This document shows positions 35,891 through 48,646 of a stretch of DNA of 64,000 bases, piece after piece (position 1 is the first letter of the stretch; each line of letters opens with the position of its first letter). A model generated the notes under the pieces. The model searched no databases. It was given only the letters and a program-made list of their open reading frames with translations, and had not been told where the DNA came from. The stretch is from Vicugna vicugna (taxonomy: Eukaryota). Both the position numbers and the translations under genes were made by a program. The stretch spans positions 124,001-188,000 of the forward strand of contig MU058836.1 of NCBI GenBank assembly GCA_013265495.1, read 5' to 3'.

Positions 35891-37730
35891 GTTCCCTTTT
35901 CCCTTCCCTACAAATCAAGTTGGGGGATTCTGGAAGGGTTATGGGGATGGGTAGATCCAAGAAATCAGGTATTTCTTATAAAGATGAAATAAGACTGTGG
36001 ATAATTTGGGGAGAAGAGTTTCCATGATCAAAGACCCAAAGTCAAATAGTGATGCATCTCGGTAGTTAAGTTAGGAATTGAGGAGGATGCAGTTTTAGAA
36101 GGCGGGCTGGTTTCAGCAAAGGCCAGGATGTTGGGTAACAACTGTATGCATTTATGAAGACGGTATCTGAAAAAAAGGTATAAAGTAGCAGGAGAAATAA
36201 GGAAGAGGAGTAAGATAACCCTTACTGGTGGCTCTTTTGTACCAGGCATCGTACACCTTATCTCAATGAGTGCTCGCAACAGCGCTGAGATATGAATTTG
36301 AACAGAGAGTTTCAATTCTGTGCTTAAGGTTGCAGAGCTAGCAACAGACAGAGACAAAATTCACACCTAAGCCCATGTCATTCCATATCCGGCTCATTCA
36401 CCGGCCTTTCAGGAAAATCAATTTACTGGATCTTGTCATCATTTAAGCATTTAAGATGATAGAGGACTGAAATGGAGTTGTAGCCAGAAAAGAAAAGGAG
36501 ATGAATGGATGGATGGAAAATTATTACAAATAAATGCAAAGATGGATGGAAAGATGGACATGTGGCTGGAGAATGGGTGAATGGGCATTTACAAGCAGCA
36601 TTACGGAGGTAATGTCAATACGATGGAGGACCTGGAAAGCATAAAGCATTAAATATAACTTTTGGTTCAAGAACATCTAGTAAAATCTGACAGCATTAAT
36701 GAAGACAAAACACAGAAAGAAAGAACAAGTTATTAAAAAAAAGGGGGAAACATTCAGTGCTGTGACTTCAAATAAGGTTTTATGGGAACTATCTGCTAAA
36801 ACGTTGTTAAGTGTGAATATTCTCGTTAGATGCTCAGAACTGCATGGACCGATTGGCTACCTTTTCCCAGAGGTGGGTTGGCCTGCCAGGGATGGACAGG
36901 CAGACTGATTCTCAGCCTGCAAAGGGGGGGACCTGAGCTGAGTCTATCCCACCACTCACCTCACCATTCACATCTGGATTCCGACGAAAATAGTTAATTA
37001 GTGAAAAATTAGGAAAATAAATTCTTCAAATATTTAGCAGGCAAAAGAACTGGTTCTTTCTTTCTCCTTTTGAACTCTGCATTACAGTCACCTGAAAACA
37101 GATCACTCAAAAAGCACGCTCCCTGGGGAGTCTACAGATGCCCTCCCGCTGGAAATCCCTCACCCAGGTTTAATGTGCAGTTGCAATGTTAACTCTTCTG
37201 AAACGTTCCCATCTAGGTGGACTTGACTGAATCACTTAGCTAAATGGGAATGATGTCTCAGAGTTTCCTTCCCTACAAGTTAGAGTGGGTCCTAAGAGTC
37301 ATTCTGCATGCGTTTGGGATGGTTGAATTGGAGCAGAAACCATATTCATTTTATACTGAGGAGCTCAATGCAAGAGCACCGGGCACTGCCGCAGATCACG
37401 TACATCTATCATTGTTTATCTGCTGACTTATCTTGTTGCCCTGGGGCAGCAGCCAGACCAGTAGCTCTAATTCCCAATGGCTTTTCTATTAGTTTTTCCA
37501 GTTCCTGGGTCACATAGAGGTTTAGCGCCACAATGAAAGGCATCACTTGTCCCGCAGGCATTGCTTGTCCTGCAGGCATCGCTGAAGATGCAGCCCTAAA
37601 GGCAGTGAGAGACTGACTCAGGTTCCAGGTCCTGGGCTCCAGTTTGGCCCTGCTCTTCTCGCCTTCACATCCATCTTCCTTACCAAGTGTCCATCCCCTG
37701 ACTCTGGGCTCCATGACCAGTCGCAAAGAT

Positions 37731-37952
37731 GGGCTGCAAACTATGACCCGCAGAACAAATCCTGGCGCCTCTCTCGTTTTGCTTTATAAAGCTTTATTGG
37801 AACATAGCCATGCCCACTTATTTATGAATAGTTAAGGGCTGCTTCTGGGCTACGTCGGCAGAGTGGACGTGGCTGAAACAGAGACCGTGTATCTTGCAAA
37901 GCCGGAAGTGTTTACTATCTGGCCCTTTTCAGAAAAAGTTTGCCGAATCCTG
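37731..37952. mobile_element. MER58A-like hAT-Charlie MITE
   Basis: ataaagctttattggaacatagccatgcccac...tttactatctggcccttttcagaaaaagtttgccgaatcctg; 8-bp TSD GCAAAGA(T/C) at 37723-37730 and 37953-37960. Confidence 0.85.
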
Positions 37953-38169
37953 GCAAAGACAATAGCCATGCATAGATGGTTAAACCAACTCCCACAATGG
38001 CATAAGGTCAAACCTCCAAACATATTTGCATATATAAATAACATGTAGGTGTATGTCTGTATAAGTGTGTGTATACAGACGTGTATTTATCAGCTGTCTA
38101 TCCCTGAGATCCAGCCCTGATGATTACACAATCTCTAGTCCATCCATCACCTGTAAAGCAGGGAACCTG

Positions 38170-38350
38170 AATGCCTCCCTCTCGGGTGCCACCGCAGTGT
38201 TTTGCTATTACAGCACTTGCCATATTGTATTGTAATTGGTTCGTATCTCTATCTGTGTGGCCTCTTTTACTAAATAATGAAATCTTAGAAGCCCTGTTTC
38301 TCCAAACACAGTGTTCAATAAAGAATAATTAAATGAATGAATAAGAAAAT
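38170..38350 (+). mobile_element. L2 3' end
   Basis: acagcacttgccatattgtattgtaattgg...gttcaataaagaataattaaatgaatgaat. Confidence 0.65.
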
Positions 38351-39379
38351 GAGGAAGCAAGTGAGTGAATGAATAAATGCAGAACAGAACAAATGGATGT
38401 TTCTCTTGCCCTGGCTTGGCCTCTCCAGCTTCTGTAAACGCCCGTGGCCACACACCAGCACACAGAGCCAGAGCCTGGCAGACTCATGTTGACTCCCGGT
38501 CTTGATGCAGACCCAGCCGGCTCAGCCTGCTGGGCCACGCAGCCCCTTCCCAAGGCCGTGCTGTCTTCCATGCCCCATGACTTGACAGGGGCCAAGTCCA
38601 GTTCTGGGCAGGCAATGCTCTGTTGGACAGTGGTTCCACTGGTGGCAGGCAGCCCCTGCAGTCACCGCAGTGATGATGGCCGTCTGCCACGGCTGCTGGA
38701 GGAAAGCTGGCAGGTGCTGGGGGAGGGGCGCTGGCAGGTGGGAAGGCACCTGGTCTTTGCCAAACATTTGCATGCTCCCGGCCTCTGTTGAATCTTATGA
38801 TAGCAAAGGACACAGGGGAGGACTCCACAAGAAGCAGGGTTCCTCCATGACCTTGGTCAAGGCACGTAACCTCTTCGTGTTTCAGTTTCTCACCTGCCAA
38901 GCTCACAAGTGTTACAATTTTGTGACTAACAACACAGCATCAAATTGATGGCTTTTGATTCTTAACTTACATGGATTTTCTCTGCCCCAAGTTATCTCTT
39001 AAAAAGAGGCCTCTTCAGAGAGAAGAAAGGAGACGGGGTAGACGATAATTTGGGAATTCACACTGAAAGATATTGTTGTAAATAAAAATACTTGTAATTA
39101 GCACTTAAGGAGCATGTACGTGCCCAAACCCCTAATAAGCATTTTAAATTAGGATCAGTTGCTACTGCCTTTAGAAATTGAATTTCATACGTGTGTATTT
39201 GTGTGAGCACACGTGTGGTGTGTTGTGTGTGTGTATATAATGTCTTACATTCTCCATGTGGAACAAGAAAAATCAATTCAAACAAGTGTCAGTTTGTGAC
39301 TACCTTAAGTCATAAGTGCATTTCTGCACACCTGCATCCATGTCTCCATTATTACTTCTAATAGCAATCATGAAAACAA

Positions 39380-39600
39380 CACTAATATTTGCTGAGTGCC
39401 TCCCATGTATCAGGCACATATATTTCATATATTTCAGTTAATCTTGTAACAACCTTTCCTAGTGAGTATCATCCCAATTTTACTGTGGAAGAAACTCAGG
39501 ATCAGAGAGCCTAAGTGAGTTGCTTGAGGTCACACAGCCAGGAAATGACAGAGCCTACATTCAAACTCAAGTCTATCTGACTCCAAAGCCAATGTTACTT
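39380..39600 (-). mobile_element. MIR SINE
   Basis: atttgctgagtgcctcccatgtatcaggcac...gaggtcacacagccaggaaatgacagagc...tctgactccaaagcc. Confidence 0.85.
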
Positions 39601-42600
39601 CTCCTGTGTTAAGCTACCCCAGTGCAGTGTGTCTGGAAGGAATCACACTGTCTTACTGCTACAGGGCCAAGCCATAAGCCTTGATGCTACTCCTAAGAAC
39701 ATCCTGGGTCTTTGTTAGCATCTTAGTAGGTAGATGCTACAACCACAACCAGACATTTCCAGATGATGTCGATTGCCGCTAACACGGGAGAAAGATGATT
39801 TACTGAGTCAGCATCAAAGTTGTGAGGGATTTAGGGACCAGCCTCCACATTTTTCCCTGTAAGGACACTGAGCCCAGAGGAGAGAGCTGCTTGTCTGAGT
39901 TCACACAGAGGTGGAGCTTAAACTGGTTCTCTTTATCAATCAGGTAATCTTTTTACTTCCCTGTCACTGTCTCCCCTGCACTTCTGTCCTTCCCAGAAAT
40001 TTTAAGTGAGTGTGAGTGTAAGTGTGTATGTGTGACAGAGTGTGTGTGCGTGTGCATGACATCGAAAGAAAGAGTCAGGAAAGAGTGTTAGCAGGGAGGA
40101 GGCCGGATTGGGAAGCATGGCAGGAAGACTTGTATCTTTTTAAGCCAGAGAGAGCATTTTAAATGGCAGGACCAGAGAAGCAACATCTTCATGATGGCTT
40201 CCCATCCTGGACTGGAGCAGAAGCAGGCCTTATGAGTGCTTTTCTGAAGCTTTCTGCCACTGCTTTGCAAACCCGAGAATTGAGAAAAGCCCTGAATGGA
40301 TGCCCTGGTGCTTTGGAGGTAGCAAAGACAAAGCAGTTGTGTCACAGTGAGCTGGAGCCGGGGCCGCCACTGCCCTTCCTTTCCCATGGGAAATGGGAGC
40401 GTCACCAGCTTCGAGGAGCCTCTGCGATCTGACGTTGTCTGTCTCTCTGCCCCTCTCTTCCAAATGCATTTAGAATCTAATGATTCTTCTGCCGGCAGGA
40501 ATTGAAGTCCTCCCTTCACATCCACCCCCACTCCAATCAGCAAGGATTTGTCAGTGTGAACCCTGCAAACGGGTAGGCAGAAAAAAGCATATGAACCAGG
40601 AAGATCCCAGGGTGCTCCGGGATCTCCCCCTCCAATATAATAAATAACATGTGAGATGGGGCTGGGGGTGGGCAGGGAAAAGATGCATTATTCACTTTCA
40701 TGGAGGTCACACTGCCCTTCTCCGCTCTTTTCAGAGAAAAGCTCTCTCTCTCTCTTTTTTATACATGCACGCCACACTCACTCACGCATGCATGCTCCCT
40801 GCAAGAAGCCGACAAAGCAGTTTGGTCGTCCATAGGCCACTCAGCTTCTTCAAAGTTGAGTAAGATTTTAAAAAGCCCGACACCTCCAATATTCCTCAGC
40901 AACGGTTTATGTACCTGCACAGACAGATGAAAAGCGAGCTTGGGATGCATTAAAAAACACGGATGGATATGATGGATAGGAGAGAGGGGGAGAGAGAGAA
41001 TGTGATACAGATTGATGTCTCTCTGTCTTTTCGGAGCCTTTTGTGTTTCAGGCCAGAGTGGTGGTGCATGGGAAGGGTTCTGGAATTTCAGAACACAAAG
41101 TAGCAGTTTTAAATAATGAGAGAAGATTCCACGTGGAACGCTCATCTGGCTGTGGCAGCCTGTGACTGAATGAGGGAAAAGTGCCCTAGAAGCTATTCAT
41201 TACGAATTCACTGGAAGCTCTCAAACGAGGCTGGCAGAAGCTGAAATTGAAGTGGTCTCTGACCTAATTTTCTTCTGCATGAAACATCTGCACCAAGGCT
41301 CTCTTTGATGTATCCCACTTGGCTCTGTCTGCGGGATTGTATCGCATGGCCTCCGTGTTGCCTCCTTATTGAAAGACATTTCCAGCCTGTGCGAGGTAAT
41401 GCGATGCTACTGGTACCCAAGCTAATCACTCCATGTGCTCCTAAAATAGAAACAATAGCAGCTCGGAGACGATGTTGTCTGCTGGCGGTTCTGCAGTCTG
41501 GGCTCCTGGCTTTCCAGCTCGGATCTGTGGCATTCGCCTTGCTTAATTCCCAAACAAAGGAAAGGGAGAAGACAGGCGAAGCCGGGCAAGATAATGGTGA
41601 AGGACCAGCGGCTCTATGTGTGAGAAGCTCCATCTTATTGGGTCCTTCAAACCACTGACTAGGATTTTGGCACCCTTTAAAACCATGCAGAGCAGGACTG
41701 AGAAACAGCTGTCTGAAGAAAGGAAAGGTCTCTTGATGTGGGTGTGGCATTCTTTTTCAGAAATCAGATTGATATCCTCAACTCCGAGAGTGAAAACGGA
41801 AAGAGAGAGAGAGATGTGGACTGAATGTTGAGAGTTTTGTAATTCTTTACTGATCTATGAACTACTTTTAAAAATTGGCTTTCCCCTCTTAAGCTTTCCC
41901 AACCTAGGTAGAAGGCAGGAGTGCATTTTTCATAAAGCAATAATGATAATCATCTTTTTTTTTAAAGCAACTGTAATGAGGCATCTTCTTTCTCCCAGCA
42001 GAATAGCTCTTGCCTTTCCCCATAAAGGTTTGCTGCCCAGGCTTCGTTAACGGTGTGTGGCTGTTGCCCACCATCCCAGCATTATGTGAATAACCGTGTT
42101 GTCTTTTGTGTCCCACCCCCTGAAGAAGAAACCTTTGAAATTCTAAATGACTGTGCTGCAGGTTTTAATGTCTGCTTCGGAGAAAGAATTGAGAAACGTG
42201 CTCTCACCGGGCAAGATGCAGCACGCCCCGGAAAAGGCTTTCCGCCTGACTCCTCTGTGCCATGATTTAGATGAATATATATTCTTGTAGGTGTGCTCTA
42301 GTCCTCCTGATGCCAGCAAAGAATTAAAGATGTGACCAACAGCCTTTTTGTGTGTGTGTGGCCAAATATTGATACCCCCGTGGCCAAATCTGTAGTCACT
42401 CCCTCCCCTTCTAGGGCTTCTGAATCAGACAAAGCCATCAGAATGGAGCATCTGGGAGCCAGGGACATCTCTGAGGTCAGATGGCAACCTGGTCCTCTGA
42501 TGGGGAAGGCACAACAAGAAAGAGTCAGCCACGTGGGTGTACGTCGGCCTGCCCATTAATGGAATTTCCGCAGAGAACCCAGGGCAGGCATTGGAGTTGG

Positions 42601-43209
42601 GGTGGCAAAGTAGGCATCTTTGGTCATCTTCAAGAATGAAAGCTTCCTCCTCTGCCAGGAAGCCTTCCCTCATTGCCCTCACCGTCCTGAGGCTTGACAA
42701 GTGTGAAACTTGCCAGAACACCTGTGTTCTCCGCTATCAAAGCACTTAGAGCTCTGCACTGTCTGCTTTCTTGTCCAGGCTGCAATGTCTAGAAAGCCAG
42801 GCACATTATCTTATCTTTCTAGTCACAATGTCCACCACAAGTAGGCTCATCACAATTGGCCTGGGACGAAAGGCATGGAAGATCTGGTGTCCTGGGAACC
42901 TCCTCAGTCGTGGGCAAGCCACTGGGTACACAGTAGGTGCTCAATAAAGGTGTTTACTATATTAAGAAGAAAAACGTTTTATCACCTTAGTTTTGTGAAT
43001 AGTAAACTGTAGGATCTGTGTGGATTATCCAGATGAAGAGGGTTCGGTCCCCACAGCATGCGTTGTTATAAGGCACAAGGGTGTGGAGGGAGAGAGAGAG
43101 AGAATGAGGAAAAGGTTGAGAGGGAAAGAGGAAAGAGAAAGGAAAGACAAAATTCCAAATCGCTGGGACTCTGCCCTCGTGGAGAACCGACAAGGCTCTG
43201 TGTGATCTG

Positions 43210-43900
43210 GTCCAGCCTTCCTTTCCAATTTCATCCCCCATCACTCCTCCGCTCCTCATGCACCCATTCCAGCCAGAGAAGGCTCCCTGCTGCTGCCCAG
43301 TCCTGTGAGCATGCTGCCTCTGGGCCCGTGTATGAAAGCGCTCCCCTATGAGGAATCTTCTCCCCCGGCTGCCCGTGGGGGCTGCTTCATCTCCATGTAG
43401 GTTCTTGTTCAGAGATTTTCCCTTGGCACCCAGTGTAAATGAGCACTTCCCTGCCCATCTCTGTTCCTCCTCTGACCCTGCTTGAATCATCTTCCCAGCT
43501 CTTACCACCACCAGATAGATGGTGTATTTGTTTACTGTCTGTCTGTTGTCCACTGGTCCGCAGCACTGTCTAACAGAACTTTCTATAGCGTTAGATACCT
43601 GTACTCGCCCATATGTGAGCCACTAGTTGTACGTAACAACTAAAAGACTTGAAACTCAGTATTTGAGTACTTGAAATTTGTTAGTGAAATTGATGATCTG
43701 AATTTAAAAGTTTTTTTTTAACATGTATTGATTTAATTTAAATTCAAAGAACCATACATGGCTAGTGGCTACCATTTTGGACACTGAGCTTCCAGAAAAG
43801 TCTCTGAAAGCAGACTGTTTCATTTCGTATTTCCCAGTTCCCAGAGAAACACCAGGCACGTAAAAGGCCTTCAATAAATATTTTTAAAATACACTAATAA
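43210..43900 (+). mobile_element. L2 3' fragment split by MER3
   Basis: L2 text resumes after 43788 and ends ccaggcacgtaaaaggccttcaataaatatttt. Confidence 0.65.
43561..43788. mobile_element. MER3-like hAT-Charlie MITE
   Basis: cagcactgtctaacagaactttct...catggctagtggctaccattttggacactgag termini. Confidence 0.8.
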
Positions 43901-45532
43901 ATGTGGGCACTAAACAGGCATCTCTGATCAGGGACCAACCTAACAAGAGAGGCAAATTCTCAGTTTGAATTATCCCAGGTCAGGATTCAAAATGACAACA
44001 TGCTTGAGAAGACCTTTTAGCTGCAGTTGTCAAAGGGACTTTCTCTAGCCAAATTATGTCACATCCCTGAACCTCAGCTTCCTTATCTGTTGAATGGGAG
44101 TATTTGCTTCTCAGTATTTAAGGGATCTGTCACTGAATAGGTGCCCAATATACTGAGTTCTCCAGTGATGCCAAAAACTTATGTGCAAATGTATGTCTAT
44201 ATATGTAGAAAAGCACTTTGAAGGATGCTAATTTGTGATGTTCTTGCCAGTGATTACTATTCTGAGGGAGGAGGATGATTTATTTTCATTACAAGATGAG
44301 TCTTTGCTTAACAAAAGAATCCACAACAGAATTCTCTTAAAACAGCTAACGCCTTGATGCTTTTAAAATAAGATTACATCCTGAAAGATCCAGGGACCAT
44401 GCAATTCATCACACAAAGCAAGGTTCACCTGCATTTTCAAGGATGCATTAGAATGTTCCTTTGAGTTGGTCATGTCCTCATAACCTCTTCCTTTTCTCAG
44501 ATTTTGCTTTACTTATTCGTCACAATCTTGGAAGGGTCTAGCATTCATTCCTTCTATTGGTTCAAGAAGTATTCATTAAATTCCAAATGTGCCAACCACT
44601 CTTCTTGACACTGGGCATACAGTTTCACAAAATGAAAAGCTGAATGAGACAATACATGTGAACCTTTTAAAATAGTTCCTGACACATACTAAACACTCTG
44701 TAAATCTTAGTTGCTGTTTTTATATTGGAACTTAGAGTCCAGTGGGAGAAAGAGACAAGAAACAAACATATCTGTGATCAGGATTATCTTCAATGCAAAG
44801 TGCAAGGGCAAAGATAAAACAGGGTCTACTTGTCACTTTAGGGACAAGGGCAGGACCCCAAAGTGGCCTGGTGTCCAGCCGTTAGGTAGTAGGATTTCTG
44901 ATCTCAATTACAGAGGTAATTAGATCCTGCTTCTGGAATATTGTTGAGTCTGCCTCAAGTGGATCATGAAAAATGTGGTCAGACCACTTAAAAGGATGGA
45001 GAGCTATGAGTTCATCTTGTTAGACAAACTCCTTTTTTTTTTTGCCTGCTGGCCAATAAATGTTGTTTAGTAAATGTCTACAGACATGCTCCCCCACCCC
45101 CCCAAAAAAAACCTCCAGCAGAATCAAGTGATAAAGTGGTCCTGGGACAGGAGACTCTTCATATTAGTCAATAAAGGCTGCTGCTGGGAGGAGATACTCT
45201 GTGAATGAGAAGGATGAGCTGGATTCAATGATCTAGGGGCACAGGGTTAATTCCCTTTGGTGGACATGACGCTGAGAACCTGCTTGGAGCCAATACTGAA
45301 GGCAGTGGAAAGACAAGAAGGAGGGTAAGACAGGTGTCTTCCTTCAAGGACTTTACAGTGTGCAGGGAAGCTGAAATATATCCATACACTCTGGCCAAGG
45401 ATGGTAAAGGCTGTTGGAGCAAACCTAAAAGAACTGAGCTGGACAGGAGCTGCAGACAGGACCTCACTCCACCTCCGCTTTTTCATCCTGCAGCTCCTGC
45501 CTCCTTCCCCCTCCAACACCAACAGCACTCAC

Positions 45533-45823
45533 CCCAGCCTCCCGAGGACAAGAGGGAAGCGGTCCTTGATGAGGCTGGGGGATTCTCCTGTCTGCCTCCC
45601 AGCCCACATTTGCCTTGCTTTGACTTTGCTCGAAGGAAAATAAATCACAGCCACTCCATTCCCGGTCACCACCCCCAGGGAGCTGAGACCTCATCTCCTC
45701 CCTGGTGCCCGGCCGGCATCATGGGATTGCCAGGTACAAAGGGAAAACCTTCAGAGACCCACGCCCCATTTGGAGAGCGAGGAGGGTCAATGGGAATAAT
45801 TGCTGGCAGTTGAATGTGAGCGG
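45533..45823 (-). other. Candidate exon (291 nt), probably non-coding or 5' UTR
   Basis: Minus-strand ~55-nt pyrimidine-rich tract ending ctctaCAG| and donor GGG|GTGAGT; stops in all three frames across the full exon. Confidence 0.35.
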
Positions 45824-48342
45824 CTGTAGAGGGATTGGAAGGAAAAGGTTTCAGGAGGGGAAGAAAGAAAAGGAGGGAAAAAAGCCCTGACCGCCCCCAG
45901 CCCCCCTCCCACCTCCATAGTCTGCGCACAGAGAACTGCATGGTGGTCTGGGTCCTTGTAGAACATTTGTGCGCCGGACAATAGCACAGCCTGGCTTCAG
46001 ATCATCAGCTGCTGTTTTCTGGTTCGCTCTCCCTTTATGTGAGTGCACAATGCAAGCCTTCAGTCACAGTGACTCTTGAGGAATACATCTGGTTTTTTCT
46101 TTCAGACGCTCTGAAAAGGTCAGCCTGTTCGTTTTTCTTAGACGCGAGACACCACCGATTTTTTTTCTCCCTCTGAACTGGAAAGACAGACCTACACCTC
46201 TTCTTGCCTCCTGGAACATAATTAGACATGGGGCAGCTCTAGAAGCCAGCCAGCCAGCCCGCCAGCCCATCCTCTGCCCTCTTTCAGAGACGCACAGCTC
46301 AGCTTCCCCGCCTGCCAAACTCCTGGTCCGTTCACAGAGCGTGGAAGGGTCCTCCTGCCCCAGCCCCACACCCTGGGGTTCTCGGCTTGCTGTGTTGTTA
46401 ACTGTGACAAGGAGCCCCTCCAATCTGCTCCCCCAATGCAGTCAATGACCGCTGATGCCTCTGGAAGAGGGAAGGTTTGAGAATTTCTGCAAAAAAAAAA
46501 AAAAATCCACCCAACATTTTAATCATTTTCCCTCCAGTGATGGGGAAGATCCTTCATGCGCACTGGAACATAATAATAAATGTGCCCATGAGGAAGGAAT
46601 GATCAGCAGCTGGTGTCTGACAAATTATCTCATTCCAGACAGCCAAACCATCCACAGTGGGGAGAGACCGGAGCTTGAAGAGGCAATTTGGCACACGATT
46701 GGGGTTTCACCTCTCGGATGATGGAGGTCCAAATGGCCCACCGCGTCTGGGCCTGGGCCTCGGAGCTTTCCTCTGGCTCTTGTGTTCGCTCGTCACCTCC
46801 CAGAGCTCCTGACAGCCGTGGAAAAGGGGATTACTCTCCGGGCTCAGCCAGCGCATCTCTCGCCCCCTCCTCCGGGACACTCACATTCCCACCGTAAGAA
46901 GCAATTACAGTCCACCCCCTGCCACGAGCTGTGCTCTTTCATGCATGGTGCGCGCTCCTTCCCCGAGTCATCACACTCTGGCCCCACCTCACGCTCCTAT
47001 TTCACCTTTGAAACCCATCTAGGATCCTTCTTTTGACTCTGCTAAAGAGTGTCAGCCACTCTCTCTCCTGAAAGGCTCCACACCTCTTCCCAGTAATTTT
47101 ATGACACCACCGTATGGTTATTTGCTTTCTCTGTTCTTTTTGACAGCCGCTACCATGTGTTTTTAATGAACTCTGAGTGTGGGGGATCGTTCTGAGCTCT
47201 TTCCTTCTCTAGTTGAAGCCTGAGAGGAGGAATCCTCCACTTTTTAATGAGGAAACTGAAGGTTTATTTATTCTGCATCGTTGGCACCGGCGTGCTCCCT
47301 GGAACGGGTGGTGGAGCTGGAAGAGCCCGGCCTCACCTCTGCTCCTGGCTCCCCAGGGCCTCTCCGGGCTCATTTCCACACAACATGATGAGACCTGTGC
47401 TGCCTTGGTGGGTTGCGGTTACGAGGTTCCAAGGTGATACGCTTTGCCTGTGTTGTTTTTATCATAGAGCCTGTCTGCGAATTCATTTTTGGTGATTTAA
47501 AAAAAAAATGCCAGTTTCCTCCCAGAGTGGATGCTCCTTGAGGGCCAGGACACACTGCCTGCCTGGTTCACACCTACATTTCCACTAACTAGAACAGGAC
47601 TTGTCACCTCTTAGGAGCACAGGACATTTTTTTGATGACTAGCTGAGGGATGAATTGAGCAATACCAAGACAGGTCACAAGATCTGCATTTAACCCAGGT
47701 CATGATGACAGCCAATGTCTTAGGAAATGAGGCTCTAGGTTAAATTACGCCCACTGAGACCTGGGAACTTTTCACCAATTATTCCTTGCCTGTTAAGTTA
47801 GACAGAAGAGCCCAAAGCCTTCTTTAGCATTGTTTTCCCTGCCCAAGGTGTTTCCACCTCTTCCTGGTAGAATGACTGGCAGGAGCAGACTAGCGCTGTT
47901 GATTACCTCTCATCACTGTGGGAGAAAACTGAGGTTGCTTGCCGCTGACTCTGAAAGTAGCCTTTCAGAACCAAATTGAAGAGGCAGCTATTCAGCAGCC
48001 ATGATTTGCATCCCTACTATGTGCTGAGCAGTTACAGACATGGGAAGAAATGATCCCATGTGTGAGCACAGCTGCTGCAAATCATGTCTCAGTCTTCAGA
48101 TGAGGACAGTATCATTATCCCCATTTTATAGATGAGGAAACTAAGTCTCAGACTGAGTATATAACCTGCCCAAGATCTTATAGCTTTTAAGGAACAGAAC
48201 AGAAGCTTGATTGTCCATGATACAATTAGAAACTTGAATGTCAAGATCAGGACATGATATTGATTCTGTGAAAAAACTACCACACGGGAACGTTTATAAA
48301 GCTTGGCAACCTATGTTGATAAGAGTAATTAAGAAACGATAC

Positions 48343-48646
48343 AGTAGTTTGTATCTGCTAATCCCAAACTCCTAATTTATCCCTCCTCCCTCCTTCCCCC
48401 TTTGGTAACCACAAGTTTGTTTTCTGTCTATGAGTCTCCTTCTGCTTTGGGGATTAGCAGATATAAACTGCTATATATAAAATAGATAAACAACAAGGTC
48501 CTCCTGTATAGCTCAGGGAACTCTATTCAATATCTTGTAATAACCTATAATGAAAAAGAATATGAAAAGGAATATATATCTGAATCACTATGCGGTAGAC
48601 CAGAAATGAACACGACCTTATAAATTAACTATACTTCAAGAAAGAA
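48343..48646 (+). mobile_element. 5'-inverted (twin-primed) L1 3' UTR insertion
   Basis: 48343-48445 is antisense L1 3' UTR, 48446-48646 is sense L1 3' end with A-rich tail; imperfect TSD aagaaacgatac (48331-48342) / aagaaactgtatac (48647-48660). Confidence 0.9.

Noticed and set aside
41208..43553. Longest ORFs in the track (180 aa at 41208-41750 and 188 aa at 42987-43553, both minus)
   Set aside because: No recognisable domains; the second runs through L2 and low-complexity sequence; lengths are plausible by chance when alternative starts are allowed.
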